A stretch of DNA of 64,000 bases from Fibrobacteria bacterium (GTDB taxonomy: Bacteria > Fibrobacterota > Fibrobacteria > UBA11236 > JADFYW01), in NCBI GenBank assembly GCA_050294405.1, contig JBNKOC010000028.1:416001-480000 (forward strand), written 5' to 3'. The translations under genes were made by a program, and so were the position numbers. This document shows positions 29,053-39,461 of this stretch, piece after piece. The stretch's first letter is position 1, and each line of letters opens with the position of its first letter. Below the pieces are notes generated by a model that was given only the letters and a program-made list of their open reading frames with translations, made no database searches and was not told the origin of the DNA.

Positions 29053-30056
29053 TAGAGAAAAACCTCTTTTTTTAATATCTCACAAACATGGGAAATGTTT
29101 TTGCAAATGGATTCTTTTTCATGTATTGTGACAATCCACTGTGGCTTTTCTTCAATAATTCTGACTACTATTTTAATATCCAGACTTTTGCCGTCCCCTG
29201 TCGTAAACCCGATGCGGTTTAAAGCTTTTAAAGTCCAGTTGTAATATTTGGAACTTGCCTCAAGGTATACATTAGATTTAATATTCTTATTGAGCTGTAT
29301 TTCCCCTGATTCGGGTTGAAAATAAAAGCCTTTGCCTTCAAAAGTGTTTTGCAGGGTATCGCTTAACAGAAGGTCCTCGGGGCAGCCTACATGTAAGTTC
29401 TGTTTTTTATCCAGCACTAAGATGTGATCGCTGATTTTAAGGGCCAGGTCCAACTCATGGGTAGAAGCCAAAACTAAAAGGCCCTTTGTGTGAGCTAAAT
29501 CTCTTAACATGGACAAAATATCAATTCGACCTGGTAAATCTAAAAAAGACGTGGGCTCATCCAGAATCAATATTTTTGGGCTTTGGCATAAAGCCCTGGC
29601 AATTTGAACTTTTTGTTTTTCTCCGTCACTCAATTCCATAAATAATCTATGGGAAAAACCAGTCATTCCAGTAAGTTCCAGGGCGGTGGCAATTTCATGT
29701 TTGTCTTGACTGCTTAACTGGCCCAAAAAATTGTTATGAGGGGTCCTACCCATGGAAACAAAGGTGTAAACATCCATATTCCCCAAATTTAACGGTTCTG
29801 TAAGCACTAAAGCTACTTCCTTAGCTAAAGCTATGGCGCTTGTTCCTTCCAGCTTATGTTTGTTTAATACCACTTCCCCACTCAAAGGAGGAATTAAACC
29901 GGAAAGAGTTTTTAGCAGCGTCGATTTTCCAATACCGTTGGGCCCAAGCAGGCAAATCAAATTTCCGGATTGTAGAGTAAAATCAAGGTTTTGATTGACA
30001 GTAAATAACCTTTTTCCTTTTCTATATCCGGTAGTGAGCTTTGTAGCTGATAACAT
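29052..30056 (-). CDS. btuD: Cobalamin ABC transporter ATPase
   Basis: Motifs GPNGIGKST, LSDGEKQ, ILDEPT; operon context. Confidence 0.85.
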   Translation of the reverse strand: MLSATKLTTGYRKGKRLFTVNQNLDFTLQSGNLICLLGPNGIGKSTLLKTLSGLIPPLSGEVVLNKHKLEGTSAIALAKEVALVLTEPLNLGNMDVYTFVSMGRTPHNNFLGQLSSQDKHEIATALELTGMTGFSHRLFMELSDGEKQKVQIARALCQSPKILILDEPTSFLDLPGRIDILSMLRDLAHTKGLLVLASTHELDLALKISDHILVLDKKQNLHVGCPEDLLLSDTLQNTFEGKGFYFQPESGEIQLNKNIKSNVYLEASSKYYNWTLKALNRIGFTTGDGKSLDIKIVVRIIEEKPQWIVTIHEKESICKNISHVCEILKKEVFL

Positions 30057-30061
30057 AATGT

Positions 30062-31093
30062 TTAGGCCTTAAATCCCGACGAGGAGTACCGGTTTTTAAC
30101 AATTACCCAGAAGATAATAGGGGCTCCTATTAGGGCTGTTACAGAATTTAAAGGCAAAGTTTTTTGAGAACCAGGCAATTGAGAAATAATATCCGCAGCA
30201 AGAGCCATACTACCACCGAGCAGCAATACGGCTGGAATTAAGGTTAAATGCGTTTTTGAGGGGAATAGTCCCCGGCATAAATGGGGAACTGCTAAACCCA
30301 AAAAGGCTATAGGACCGCAAAAGGCGGTTATGGAGCCCGCCAAAAGCGAGGTAGTGATAACAACAACCATTCGGGTTTTGGGTACGGATATGCCCATGGA
30401 CGTGGCGTAATTTTCACCTAGCAGCATGCCGTTTAAAGATTTAACCTGCCAAAGGGAAAGAACGGTTCCTAAACACAAACAAACGGCTAAAATAGAAATT
30501 TGGAAAAAATTGGTTTCGGTAAAATTCCCCAAAGTCCACAACACATACATTTGCAAATTTTCCTGGTTGCTGAAATAAATAAGAAAATTAACTAAGGCCC
30601 CGCTGAAATAGCCTAACATCAGACCTAAAATAAGCAGGGTGGTATTGCTGGGGATTTTTTTCGCCAACAAGGAAATAAATAACATCATACCTCCACTTCC
30701 CAACATGGCGGCCGTAGCTGTTCCCATACTCAACCATTGCCCGACACCAGAAAATATTAAGGGGCCTCCTAAAAGCACAAGCGCTACCCCTAAAGAAGAG
30801 CCCGAACTGATACCGAGCACAAAGGGGCCTGCTAATGAATTTCGGAAAAGGGTCTGCATTAAAAGCCCGCTTAAAGCTAGTCCGCCCCCTGCTAAAAAGG
30901 CAGTTATGGCGCGAGGAAAACGAAAATTTAAAATGATGATTTGCCAGCTTTCCTGGCTGTGAGACCCTTTAATGAGTATTTGAAAAATATCTGAAAAGGG
31001 AATATGTACGGACCCAAAAAAAATATCCAACCCAAATAAGACTATACATAAGAGGGGTAATAATATAAATAGTTTAAAAAAAGAGGTGGTCAT
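30062..31093 (-). CDS. btuC: Cobalamin ABC transporter permease (FecCD family)
   Basis: Motifs RFPRAITA, QTLFRNSLAGP, LLGENYA, GPIAFLGLAVPH. Confidence 0.87.
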   Translation of the reverse strand: MTTSFFKLFILLPLLCIVLFGLDIFFGSVHIPFSDIFQILIKGSHSQESWQIIILNFRFPRAITAFLAGGGLALSGLLMQTLFRNSLAGPFVLGISSGSSLGVALVLLGGPLIFSGVGQWLSMGTATAAMLGSGGMMLFISLLAKKIPSNTTLLILGLMLGYFSGALVNFLIYFSNQENLQMYVLWTLGNFTETNFFQISILAVCLCLGTVLSLWQVKSLNGMLLGENYATSMGISVPKTRMVVVITTSLLAGSITAFCGPIAFLGLAVPHLCRGLFPSKTHLTLIPAVLLLGGSMALAADIISQLPGSQKTLPLNSVTALIGAPIIFWVIVKNRYSSSGFKA

Positions 31094-32226
31094 AGCAAAG
31101 GCTGGTAAAAATACAATTCCTGGTTTTGTAAAAGGGTTGGATGAAAAATTTGAATCATATCCTTTAGCACTAAATGAGGGTTGGTTGTTCCTGTTTCGAA
31201 ATAATCATCTCCCCCCCATTTATTAAGTCTTTTGTTGTGATTGTATATTTTATTGTTTTGGAAAGCGGCAAAATGGCCATATCGCTGGTCGCTGGAAATA
31301 ATTTCCTGCTTGGATTTCCAGCTAGTGGTGTTCAGCCAAAAGTCGGCTTTTTGTGCTTTATTAAGCACGGCTTCAAAAGAAAGGGGAAGCCCTCCTCTAG
31401 TGGAATCTTCTTTCCATAGATAATTTGCACCTGCGTCACTAAAATATTGAGCCGAAAAACTTTTACCTCCTGCGACATGCCAACTTCCTCCATACATAGA
31501 TCCAGAAAATACGCTGGGTTTTTCTTTAACATTAGCCGTTAAACCTTTTAAGTCCAGATAAGAGGAGTCTATCCGGTTAAATATTTTTTGGGCCAAACTG
31601 TCTTTATCTAAAAATGCTGCGACAAAACGAATCCATTCGGCGCGCCCCAATGGGTGGGTTTCCATATATCCAGCGGTCAATATGGCGGGAATCCCCTTGT
31701 TTAACAATTTATTGTGATTATCCCGGTCCGTATTGCCTACGGCAAAGCAAAAAACTGCGTCGGCCTCAAGTTCCAATAGTTTTTCGATATTTACATTCGC
31801 CTGACTACTTACTTCGGTTATTTCCCCTTTTACGATTTTCTGCAAAACCTTGGGGTTATTTATATGAATTTTTTTATCAATGGCCACTATATTATCAACG
31901 GCTCCTAAAGAATCCATAAAAGGTAAATATACGCTGGATAAGCTTACTATTTTTTTAACTGGAGTTTTTACGGTAATATAACCGGATATGTTAGTATCTA
32001 GTTTTTGGTTTTCCGAAATAAGGACGTACCCGTGTTTTTTTTGGGAGCCTCGCCAGGCGTTTTTGACCTCCACGATTTTAAAATTCGGATACTGATAAAT
32101 GCTAAAGTTTTTGGCATAACGAAGGTTAAGTTGTTTTGCCTTGCCCCCGGAACCGGAAGTCTCTTCGGGGGCGTTGCAGCCATTTATGAAAAGGGCTGCA
32201 AATACAATGCATAAAAATACCTTCAT
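31090..32226 (-). CDS. btuF: Cobalamin-binding periplasmic lipoprotein
   Basis: Lipobox INGC; motifs YAKNF, ETHPLGRAEW, P.LVLKD; likely ATG at 32226. Confidence 0.85.
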   Translation of the reverse strand: MKVFLCIVFAALFINGCNAPEETSGSGGKAKQLNLRYAKNFSIYQYPNFKIVEVKNAWRGSQKKHGYVLISENQKLDTNISGYITVKTPVKKIVSLSSVYLPFMDSLGAVDNIVAIDKKIHINNPKVLQKIVKGEITEVSSQANVNIEKLLELEADAVFCFAVGNTDRDNHNKLLNKGIPAILTAGYMETHPLGRAEWIRFVAAFLDKDSLAQKIFNRIDSSYLDLKGLTANVKEKPSVFSGSMYGGSWHVAGGKSFSAQYFSDAGANYLWKEDSTRGGLPLSFEAVLNKAQKADFWLNTTSWKSKQEIISSDQRYGHFAAFQNNKIYNHNKRLNKWGGDDYFETGTTNPHLVLKDMIQIFHPTLLQNQELYFYQPLL

Positions 32227-32227
32227 T

Positions 32228-33346
32228 TTAGGGTTGCGGTTCAACCAAAGTCAGCGAAGAGGGGGGGACATCCATTTCAAGAGGTCCCGCAATAAAATTT
32301 TCCTTGTTGTCGAAAATTTTAATTCCGCTTGCAGTGGGTTCGCGCTCTGTGATAAAAAGCCTCTGGGTATTAGAATCGTACAAGAGATCGCTACCTGCAT
32401 CTGTTATTTTTGGAAGGCTTTTTAAAACCTTTTTATTTTTTAAATCCAGAAGTTTAACGCCAACGTTGCCCCAGCTCACATAACTCAAGGCGTAAAATTG
32501 CATTCCTTCCTTATGTACAAAATTGTATATGTTGGCTTCAAAATCGCTTTCTTCAAATAATATTTCAGTTTTTTCTGTTTCAAGATTGATTCTTTCTATA
32601 GCCCCATCACTTTTGTTTTCGAACTTTCCAAGGGTACTAACATATAAATATCCATCTACCAGCCGGAGAGCTGTGGAATTCCCATAAGCCATATCAATTT
32701 CGCTTACTATTTCGTTATCCTCAATATCAATTTTTAATATTTTGGCTTTTCCGCCGGGTTGAGCCCAATCTCCATTTCTTCTTTGTAAGGCGGCGTATAA
32801 ATAACCATCATGAATGGCCAGAGAATGGCAATGCGGGGAGGTAGCCGCATAACCGGAATCATTTTCTCCAGGTTCGTAGATATAATCCCGGGTTAAAATA
32901 CTGTCCTTGATTTTCCCCTCCTTCGGATCAAAAATTAAAATATAGGGAACGTTTTCCACGGCAACGTAAGCTTTGCTGTCGGAAACAAAGGCCATGTCCT
33001 GGGGGTTCCAGTTGTCGCCCAAGTGGGTTTGGTATACTATGGATGCGTCTCCTTTCTTGGAAGGGTTCAGTTTGAAAATATTGTCTGCGCCAAACCTTTC
33101 TAAAATATAGATGTATCCTTTGTAGGATATTAACTTGCTGTCAGAATGCACGTCAATATTTTCCGCATCGAATTCCTGCGCATCTGCCTGCAGCCATTTT
33201 AATTGGCCGGATGTAAAGTCTGTTCCAAATACATATAATCTGTCCTTGCTAAAACTCCCATCCAGGGTGTCATTTGATGTAAGACAGCCGCTCAAACTCA
33301 GCGATAGCAGTAAAACGATGCCGTTAAAAATTCCATTTGATTTCAT
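32228..33346 (-). CDS. YncE-type beta-propeller lipoprotein, BtuG-like
   Basis: Lipobox LSGC; NPQDMAFVSDSKAYV propeller motif; lies directly downstream of btuB. Confidence 0.7.
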   Translation of the reverse strand: MKSNGIFNGIVLLLSLSLSGCLTSNDTLDGSFSKDRLYVFGTDFTSGQLKWLQADAQEFDAENIDVHSDSKLISYKGYIYILERFGADNIFKLNPSKKGDASIVYQTHLGDNWNPQDMAFVSDSKAYVAVENVPYILIFDPKEGKIKDSILTRDYIYEPGENDSGYAATSPHCHSLAIHDGYLYAALQRRNGDWAQPGGKAKILKIDIEDNEIVSEIDMAYGNSTALRLVDGYLYVSTLGKFENKSDGAIERINLETEKTEILFEESDFEANIYNFVHKEGMQFYALSYVSWGNVGVKLLDLKNKKVLKSLPKITDAGSDLLYDSNTQRLFITEREPTASGIKIFDNKENFIAGPLEMDVPPSSLTLVEPQP

Positions 33347-33360
33347 TGTAATTCCTTTAT

Positions 33361-35358
33361 TTATTTGAATTGAAGGCTAAGGTTGATTTGCCTGCCGGGG
33401 TATGGGTAGGCCGAGTAGGCATTTTCATAATACACATCAGTGAGATTTCTGATTTCGCCCACTATATCTATGCGGTAATATATTTGCTTTTTTAAATACA
33501 GATGCCAGAGGTGAATAGCCGGTATGCTATGAAGGTTGGCTTTGTCCCGATATAACAAAGAACTGTAATCGTGGTTCAATTTGAATAAAACTCCGGAATG
33601 GGGGATTTCAACCCCGAGGCTGGAATGACTTGCGACAACAGGTTCATTGGGTATAAGCTTGTCGTCGTAGATTAAATCGGAAACGTTTCTTGGATTTTGA
33701 ACTGTGATGTTATTTTCCAGAAACAGGGGTTTGAACAATTTAATACTTGAACTAATTTCCAAACCCAGAGTTTGGCTCGCATCCAAATTCATAGGTTTAA
33801 TGAGGTTGGCGGAGCGAACATAATATATGGAGTTGGAATTTGTATTTTGGAACAGGATTAGTTCCAAAAAGTTGGATTTTCCATAGGATACATGAGCACC
33901 TAACTCCATGTTTAAGCCCTTTTCCTCTTTTAATTTTGGATTGGGCAAAACACCCCATTTGCCGCCATATAACTCCAGCATGGAAGGTTGTTTGTAGTAG
34001 CTACCTAGGTTGCTGAATAGTTTGAGTGATGTGCGAGGTTTCCAGCTTAGTCCGGATTTTAACGCATGGTGAATCTCACTTGATTGCTGAGGAGAATAGC
34101 GGGTCCCGTTAATTTCCAGTCCGCCTTCAGAATTGCTCTCTATTCGTTCCAAGCGCCCAATGAAATTCAATCGGAAATTTTTCAAAAAATCCTGATTGCC
34201 TTCCAAGCTGATAAATTGGTTGGCGCGGTTATTTTCCCAGCCATTAGCCTTGGAAAATTCAGAAAAACTTTTTGGTTTTAAGGTTTGGTAACTGCCGCCT
34301 AACAACCCTTCCAGGCTGCTATTGGAAAAAGGTTTCCAAAAAAAATCCCCACTAGCCAGGTATTGTTGGCTAAAGCTGCCCACATCGCCCTCTTTGTCCG
34401 TTCCGGACCATGTTAAGCCATCTTCTTCAGACCAAAAAAAGCGAGAGAGCTCCTGGCGGTAGCTGGCGCTAAATTGCACATCCAGATCTTGGGAAAAGGC
34501 CTGGTTGACCCGGCTTTTGCCTGTCCATTGGTACGAGGGGTTTTTAAAGCCCGATGTATGTGTCTCCATGCCTTCCTTACCGGGAAGGCCGCCTTCTGGC
34601 TGGCTGTGGCTGAAACTCAATTGGTTTTGCGTTTTATATAGTGTATAATTTACACTATGGTGGCCATCCCATTGCGCGAACTGGCCATTTTTCTGGCGGA
34701 CCCATTTGTCATCGTCCTGGTTGTAAGGCGTGTTGTTTCTATCTAAATAAGGGAAGTTATTGCGGGACTCCCGGTAGCTTAAGGAGCTGGAAAAATCATA
34801 AGATTCGTTGAACAGCCGGGTAAGGCCTAAGTTTATTTTGCGGGTTTCAAAACTTCCCAGACTGATTTCTCCGTGCAGCTTGTTTTGCTTTTGCCCCGAT
34901 GTTATGAGCTGGATAAGGCCGCCCAAACTGTTTCCGCCAAACCTTCCTGGAATAAAACCTTTGTATATAACGATTTTCTCCACTGAGGCTGGGTTGATTT
35001 TCCCTAAATCCACAGCGTCTCCATTGGCCGAATTAATGGGAGTGTCATCCAAATACACTTTGATTTTACTGCCGCTTACTCCCCTTATGGAAACAGTTTG
35101 AAAACTCCCTTCTCCTCCATATTTCCGGGTTCTAATACCCGAATGTTCTTGAATAACATCGGCGAGGGACTTTCCGGTCCCCTCCCAGGATTCTTTGGAA
35201 ATAACAATGGCGTTTTCCAGGTTTCTGGAAGAGTGACTGGCCTGGCTGGACACAGTCTTGGTGGGTAACTGAATTGTTTGGCTTAGGCTGTCCCCGGCAA
35301 AGGTAAAAACCTGCTGCCCAAAGACGAAAAGCAGTAATAAATTAAATAACTTGCCCAT
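33361..35358 (-). CDS. btuB: TonB-dependent cobalamin receptor
   Basis: Plug motifs SIRG, VYLDD.PIN, GGLIQLIT; NPKLKEE, RNLTD and PGRQ near the end; preceded by a B12 riboswitch. Confidence 0.88.
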   Translation of the reverse strand: MGKLFNLLLLFVFGQQVFTFAGDSLSQTIQLPTKTVSSQASHSSRNLENAIVISKESWEGTGKSLADVIQEHSGIRTRKYGGEGSFQTVSIRGVSGSKIKVYLDDTPINSANGDAVDLGKINPASVEKIVIYKGFIPGRFGGNSLGGLIQLITSGQKQNKLHGEISLGSFETRKINLGLTRLFNESYDFSSSLSYRESRNNFPYLDRNNTPYNQDDDKWVRQKNGQFAQWDGHHSVNYTLYKTQNQLSFSHSQPEGGLPGKEGMETHTSGFKNPSYQWTGKSRVNQAFSQDLDVQFSASYRQELSRFFWSEEDGLTWSGTDKEGDVGSFSQQYLASGDFFWKPFSNSSLEGLLGGSYQTLKPKSFSEFSKANGWENNRANQFISLEGNQDFLKNFRLNFIGRLERIESNSEGGLEINGTRYSPQQSSEIHHALKSGLSWKPRTSLKLFSNLGSYYKQPSMLELYGGKWGVLPNPKLKEEKGLNMELGAHVSYGKSNFLELILFQNTNSNSIYYVRSANLIKPMNLDASQTLGLEISSSIKLFKPLFLENNITVQNPRNVSDLIYDDKLIPNEPVVASHSSLGVEIPHSGVLFKLNHDYSSLLYRDKANLHSIPAIHLWHLYLKKQIYYRIDIVGEIRNLTDVYYENAYSAYPYPGRQINLSLQFK

Positions 35359-35364
35359 GCCACC

Positions 35365-35384
35365 TCCAAACCTTGGGGCTTGGA
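35365..35384 (-). promoter_or_regulatory. SD-sequestering hairpin (riboswitch expression platform) for btuB
   Basis: Minus-strand TCCAAGCC-ccaa-GGTTTGGA stem overlaps the GGAGG Shine-Dalgarno just before the ATG. Confidence 0.55.
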
Positions 35385-35471
35385 TACAACATGCGCCATT
35401 TATTATTGTAACTGCAGATATGTTTTTTGTATTCCAACCTCATGCCTCGTGAGTTAGGTTAATGATGTACA

Positions 35472-35627
35472 TCGAAGGCAGGTATTCTGACTTGAGCTTC
35501 GCTTTACTACTGACGCCTTCCCATGCCTTGCACAGTGGCTTTTGCCAGGTTCATCGGCTCTTACAGCGGCGGGACCGTTTCCGATTTGCACGGAATTCCC
35601 TGTTGGCCCAATTGGGCTCCTCCGAAA
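35472..35627 (-). ncRNA. Cobalamin (AdoCbl) riboswitch
   Basis: Minus strand carries ACAGGGAAT-CCGTGCAAATCGG-AACGGTCCCGCCGCTGTAA, GCCACTG, GGGAAGG and the B12 box AAGTCAGAATACCTGCC. Confidence 0.93.
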
Positions 35628-35726
35628 GTTTTACAAATGTAATATGGCAATTATCAAAATACAAGCACAAATTATTGTATTTTAATTTTGAACAAAATCA
35701 TTCGTTTTAAGCGATTTTTTGAATTT

Positions 35727-36326
35727 ATGGCCAAAAAAAAATTGATACTCATTCGCCACGGCGAAGTGGAAGAAGCCTATCAGGGAAAGTTTGTGGGGCG
35801 CATTGACGCAGACTTATCTGCGGATGGCAGACGTCAAATGAAAAAATTTTCAGATTACTTTGCCACCATTCAAAATGTGCAATACATATGTAGCCCTTTA
35901 AAAAGAGCGTTGGATAGCTTCGAAATTGCCACTCAAAAATTGCCGAATTGTAAATGTACCGCAGATGTTAATTTTAAAGAAATTCATTTTGGGAATTGGG
36001 AGGGGCTTAGCTTCCAGCAAATAAAAAGGCGCTACCCCGATTTGTATAAAGAGTGGAAAATGTGGCGTGGCAGCTTTCGTTATCCTCAGGGGGAAAGCCA
36101 CAATGAGTTTATTCGAAGAATACGCCGCTGCGCCAAGGCTATTAAAAAGATGGATTCGGAAAATGTGGTGGTATTTTCACATGGTGGTGTGATTCGCTTT
36201 TTACTTTGCTATTTCCTGGAGTTGGATTTTTCCCAAAATAATGCCTTTAAGGTGGAGAGGGGCTCCCGAACCATTCTGGAAATTTCGCGAATACGCACGG
36301 TTCTGGCTGAGTTGAATTTTAAATAA
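35727..36326 (+). CDS. cobC: Histidine phosphatase family, probable alpha-ribazole-phosphate phosphatase
   Basis: Motifs LIRHGE, SPLKRA, EIHFGNWEG, GES, SHGGVIR; divergent from the B12 operon. Confidence 0.7.
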   Translation: MAKKKLILIRHGEVEEAYQGKFVGRIDADLSADGRRQMKKFSDYFATIQNVQYICSPLKRALDSFEIATQKLPNCKCTADVNFKEIHFGNWEGLSFQQIKRRYPDLYKEWKMWRGSFRYPQGESHNEFIRRIRRCAKAIKKMDSENVVVFSHGGVIRFLLCYFLELDFSQNNAFKVERGSRTILEISRIRTVLAELNFK

Positions 36327-36463
36327 ACTCAAAGAAATCAAAATTCTCTAAAAACAGATTTTCCCTCAAAAACTATGATATAATCAAATTCCAAGGTTTT
36401 TGGGTTTTTCTGTATTTTTTGGAGAAACTCCCGGAATTAAACCCTGAATTTGGAAATGATTGG

Positions 36464-38383
36464 ATGAGCGACATTTTAAAGATATTGTTGGTGGAAGACA
36501 ACCCGGGCGATATTGTTTTGCTAAGGGAAACTTTAAGGGAGATGACAGCATCCGCCTATGAGTTAAAAAATGTTAGCAGTTTGTCCGAATCGCTAAAAGA
36601 AATCGTAGAAAGCGATTATGATGTAGTGCTTTTAGATTTGAATTTGCCGGATGGTAAGGGCTTGGATAACATTAAAAGAATTAGCGCTGCAGCAAGCAAC
36701 ATTCCGATTATTGTGATGACCGGTCTAGATGATGAAATGATGGCCGTGGAGGCTGTGCGCACTGGGGCCCAGGATTATTTGGTAAAAGGGGAAATCGCTC
36801 CCGATGTATTTTGGAGAGCCATGCGCTACGCAGTGGAGCGAAAACGCAATGATGAAAGGCTCCAAAAAGCAAAAGAGTTAGCTGAGGCAGCTACTCAAGC
36901 TAAATCAGAATTTCTAGCTCATATGAGCCACGAAATCAGGACTCCGCTCAATGTTATATTAGGCATTTCAGATCTGCTAATGGGCTCGCCTCTTAACGAA
37001 GAACAAAAACACTATGTGGAGATTTTTAAAAATTCCAGCGAAACTTTGCTGTATTTAATCAATGATTTGCTGGACCTAAGTAAGATTGAAGCGGGAAAGC
37101 TGGAAGTTAATAATGTTAGCTTTAATTTTATTAAGCTCATTAATGGCATTGAAAAATTTATGCAATCCTCCGCTGAGCGAAAAAATAACAGACTCAAGTT
37201 GGAGTTGGTGGGGGATATTCCCGAACAGATAGTGGCAGATCCCCAAAGGCTTAGACAAGTCTTGTATAATTTATTGGGCAATTCCATAAAGTTTACCGAA
37301 AATGGAAATATATGTTGTAGGGTTTGTCTTAATGCTCCTAGTGAAATGGAATTTAGCATTGAAGATACAGGAATAGGAATATCAAAAGATAAGATTGAAA
37401 GTATTTTTGAAAGCTTTACTCAGGAAGATTCAAGCACATCCCAAAATTTTGGAGGGACTGGCCTTGGTCTTTCCATATGCTCCAAATTAGTGGATTTATG
37501 GAAAGGAAAAATTTGGGCCGAAAGTGAAAAGGGAAAGGGTAGCCGTTTTAAATTTACTCTTCCTTTTGAACTATCGGAGCCTTCAGAGAATGGAAAAGTT
37601 AGCGCCAGCAAAAAATCAGAGCTGTCTGTTGGGAAGAAAGATTTTGAGGATAAGTACAGTAGTGAAAAACCCCTAAGGGTGCTGGTGGTGGATGATTCGG
37701 TAGATAACCGTTTTTTGTTAAATGCATTCTTAAAGTCTCCATCCTTTCATGTATATAATGCGGAAAATGGGGAAAAGGCCATTGAATGCTGGAAGGAAGA
37801 ACCGGTAGACATTATTCTATTGGACATGCAAATGCCGATTATGGATGGTTATGAATGCGCCGGCAAATTAAGAGAATTGGAAAAGGATTTAAAAAAAGGG
37901 GCTGTGCCCATTATCGCCTTAACGGCCTTTTCTCAAAAGGAAGATAGAGACAAATGTATAGGAGCCGGATGTTCTGACTATTTAAGCAAGCCCGTGGAAA
38001 AACCCAAGTTGTTTGCCATGATGGGAAAGTGGCTAAATGTTAAAGCTGGAAAGAAGCCCGTTCAAAAAATGGAAATTCAATCGGGAAATAAAATTGTATT
38101 AAGCATAGATGAAAACCTGAAGGAACTGATTCCCGATTATTTGGATAGAAAGAGCCTGGAAGTGGATTCTATTTTTGAATTGCTCTCGAAAATGGATGGG
38201 GAGGGAATAGCCCGCATTGGCCACAATATGTTAGGAACGGGTTCTCCATATGGGTTTAATGAAATATCCCGGCTGGGAAAAATTATTGAACTGAGCGCTA
38301 AGGAACAAAAATGGGATGTGATTCACACCATGGCAACGGAGCTTAAACAATATTTGCAAAATATTGAATTGACTTATAAATAA
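36464..38383 (+). CDS. Cytoplasmic hybrid histidine kinase (REC-HisKA-HATPase-REC-Hpt)
   Basis: LLVEDN/LLDL; MSHEIRTPLN; NLLGNSIKFT; GGTGLGL; second REC LLDMQMP; Hpt-like IGHNMLG. No TM segment. Confidence 0.92.
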   Translation: MSDILKILLVEDNPGDIVLLRETLREMTASAYELKNVSSLSESLKEIVESDYDVVLLDLNLPDGKGLDNIKRISAAASNIPIIVMTGLDDEMMAVEAVRTGAQDYLVKGEIAPDVFWRAMRYAVERKRNDERLQKAKELAEAATQAKSEFLAHMSHEIRTPLNVILGISDLLMGSPLNEEQKHYVEIFKNSSETLLYLINDLLDLSKIEAGKLEVNNVSFNFIKLINGIEKFMQSSAERKNNRLKLELVGDIPEQIVADPQRLRQVLYNLLGNSIKFTENGNICCRVCLNAPSEMEFSIEDTGIGISKDKIESIFESFTQEDSSTSQNFGGTGLGLSICSKLVDLWKGKIWAESEKGKGSRFKFTLPFELSEPSENGKVSASKKSELSVGKKDFEDKYSSEKPLRVLVVDDSVDNRFLLNAFLKSPSFHVYNAENGEKAIECWKEEPVDIILLDMQMPIMDGYECAGKLRELEKDLKKGAVPIIALTAFSQKEDRDKCIGAGCSDYLSKPVEKPKLFAMMGKWLNVKAGKKPVQKMEIQSGNKIVLSIDENLKELIPDYLDRKSLEVDSIFELLSKMDGEGIARIGHNMLGTGSPYGFNEISRLGKIIELSAKEQKWDVIHTMATELKQYLQNIELTYK

Positions 38384-38384
38384 G

Positions 38385-39461
38385 ATGATGCAGTTATCAA
38401 ATATTAAAAAATATTTATTAGCATTATTATTTATAGTGGTTCAATCCCAGGGAATTGACTTAGATAAAATTTCCCTAAATGGATTTACTTCCGTAAAAAT
38501 AACCAAGCAATTGGATGAAATTGGTTATGGAGACCCTAACTATTCCTTTGATGCTGAACTTTTTGACTTGCTTGCTAATTTTCAAATTAGTGACCATATG
38601 AGAGTCACAGCGGATGTATCCTGGAATAACGGGGCAGAAAATAAATATGGTAGCGCTAACCTTGAATATGCCTTTATAGAGCACACCTTTTTAGATGAAA
38701 TCAAATTTCGCATTGGAAAAATATTAACGCCATTCGGTGTGTTTAATGAAATGCGTCTGGCCAAGCCGGCCTATTATTCTGTTGATATTCCCCTTAGCAC
38801 CTCTGAGCCCATGCGGCTAAAGACCAATGGTTTTTCTTTTTTTCCAGCTTCGGGCATAGGAGCTTCGCTTACCGGCGAAACTACCTATGATTATTCCAAA
38901 CACATTGAATACAATTTGTTTTTTTCCAATGGAATTCAGGACTCCGCCACGAACCCATATGAAAAGGATGGAAATAAATCAAAGTCCATAACAGGTCGTT
39001 TTAAATTTGATGTTCTCCAGAATTTGAAATTAGGCAAGTCGGTTTTTATCGATAATGTGGCTGATGGAAAAAATCTTTTGATTTTTAGCGATGGGTATGA
39101 AGCTGAATATGTATGGGATAGATTTTCTATTTTGGGCGAGGGCATTATTTCGACCCTATTTTCCAAGGATTCCACAGGCAATAAACAAAATATCCAGCAG
39201 CGAGGGGCTTATATGCAAGCCTCTTACAATTTCAATATGGGGATGACCCCTTATTTGAGAGTGGAAGTTTTTGATCCGAATTCAAGAACTAAGGAAGATT
39301 ACACATGGGTGTTATTAACCGGCCTGCATTATGAGTTTTCCAATTGGTATGTATTTAAGCTAAGTGCGGCCTACCACCATTATGCCAAAAATAGCCATTA
39401 CCCTCTGTTACGTGGAGCTGGTTACACAGAAATTCAAAGTTCTCTGGTATTGGGATTTTAA
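38385..39461 (+). CDS. Putative outer-membrane beta-barrel/porin-like protein
   Basis: Signal peptide; LEYAFI, FRIGKILTPFG, D.NKSKSITGR, GAYMQASY; alternating beta pattern; terminal Phe. Confidence 0.7.
   Translation: MMQLSNIKKYLLALLFIVVQSQGIDLDKISLNGFTSVKITKQLDEIGYGDPNYSFDAELFDLLANFQISDHMRVTADVSWNNGAENKYGSANLEYAFIEHTFLDEIKFRIGKILTPFGVFNEMRLAKPAYYSVDIPLSTSEPMRLKTNGFSFFPASGIGASLTGETTYDYSKHIEYNLFFSNGIQDSATNPYEKDGNKSKSITGRFKFDVLQNLKLGKSVFIDNVADGKNLLIFSDGYEAEYVWDRFSILGEGIISTLFSKDSTGNKQNIQQRGAYMQASYNFNMGMTPYLRVEVFDPNSRTKEDYTWVLLTGLHYEFSNWYVFKLSAAYHHYAKNSHYPLLRGAGYTEIQSSLVLGF

Noticed and set aside
35462..35710. 82-aa plus-strand ORF
   Set aside because: It is antisense to the cobalamin riboswitch.
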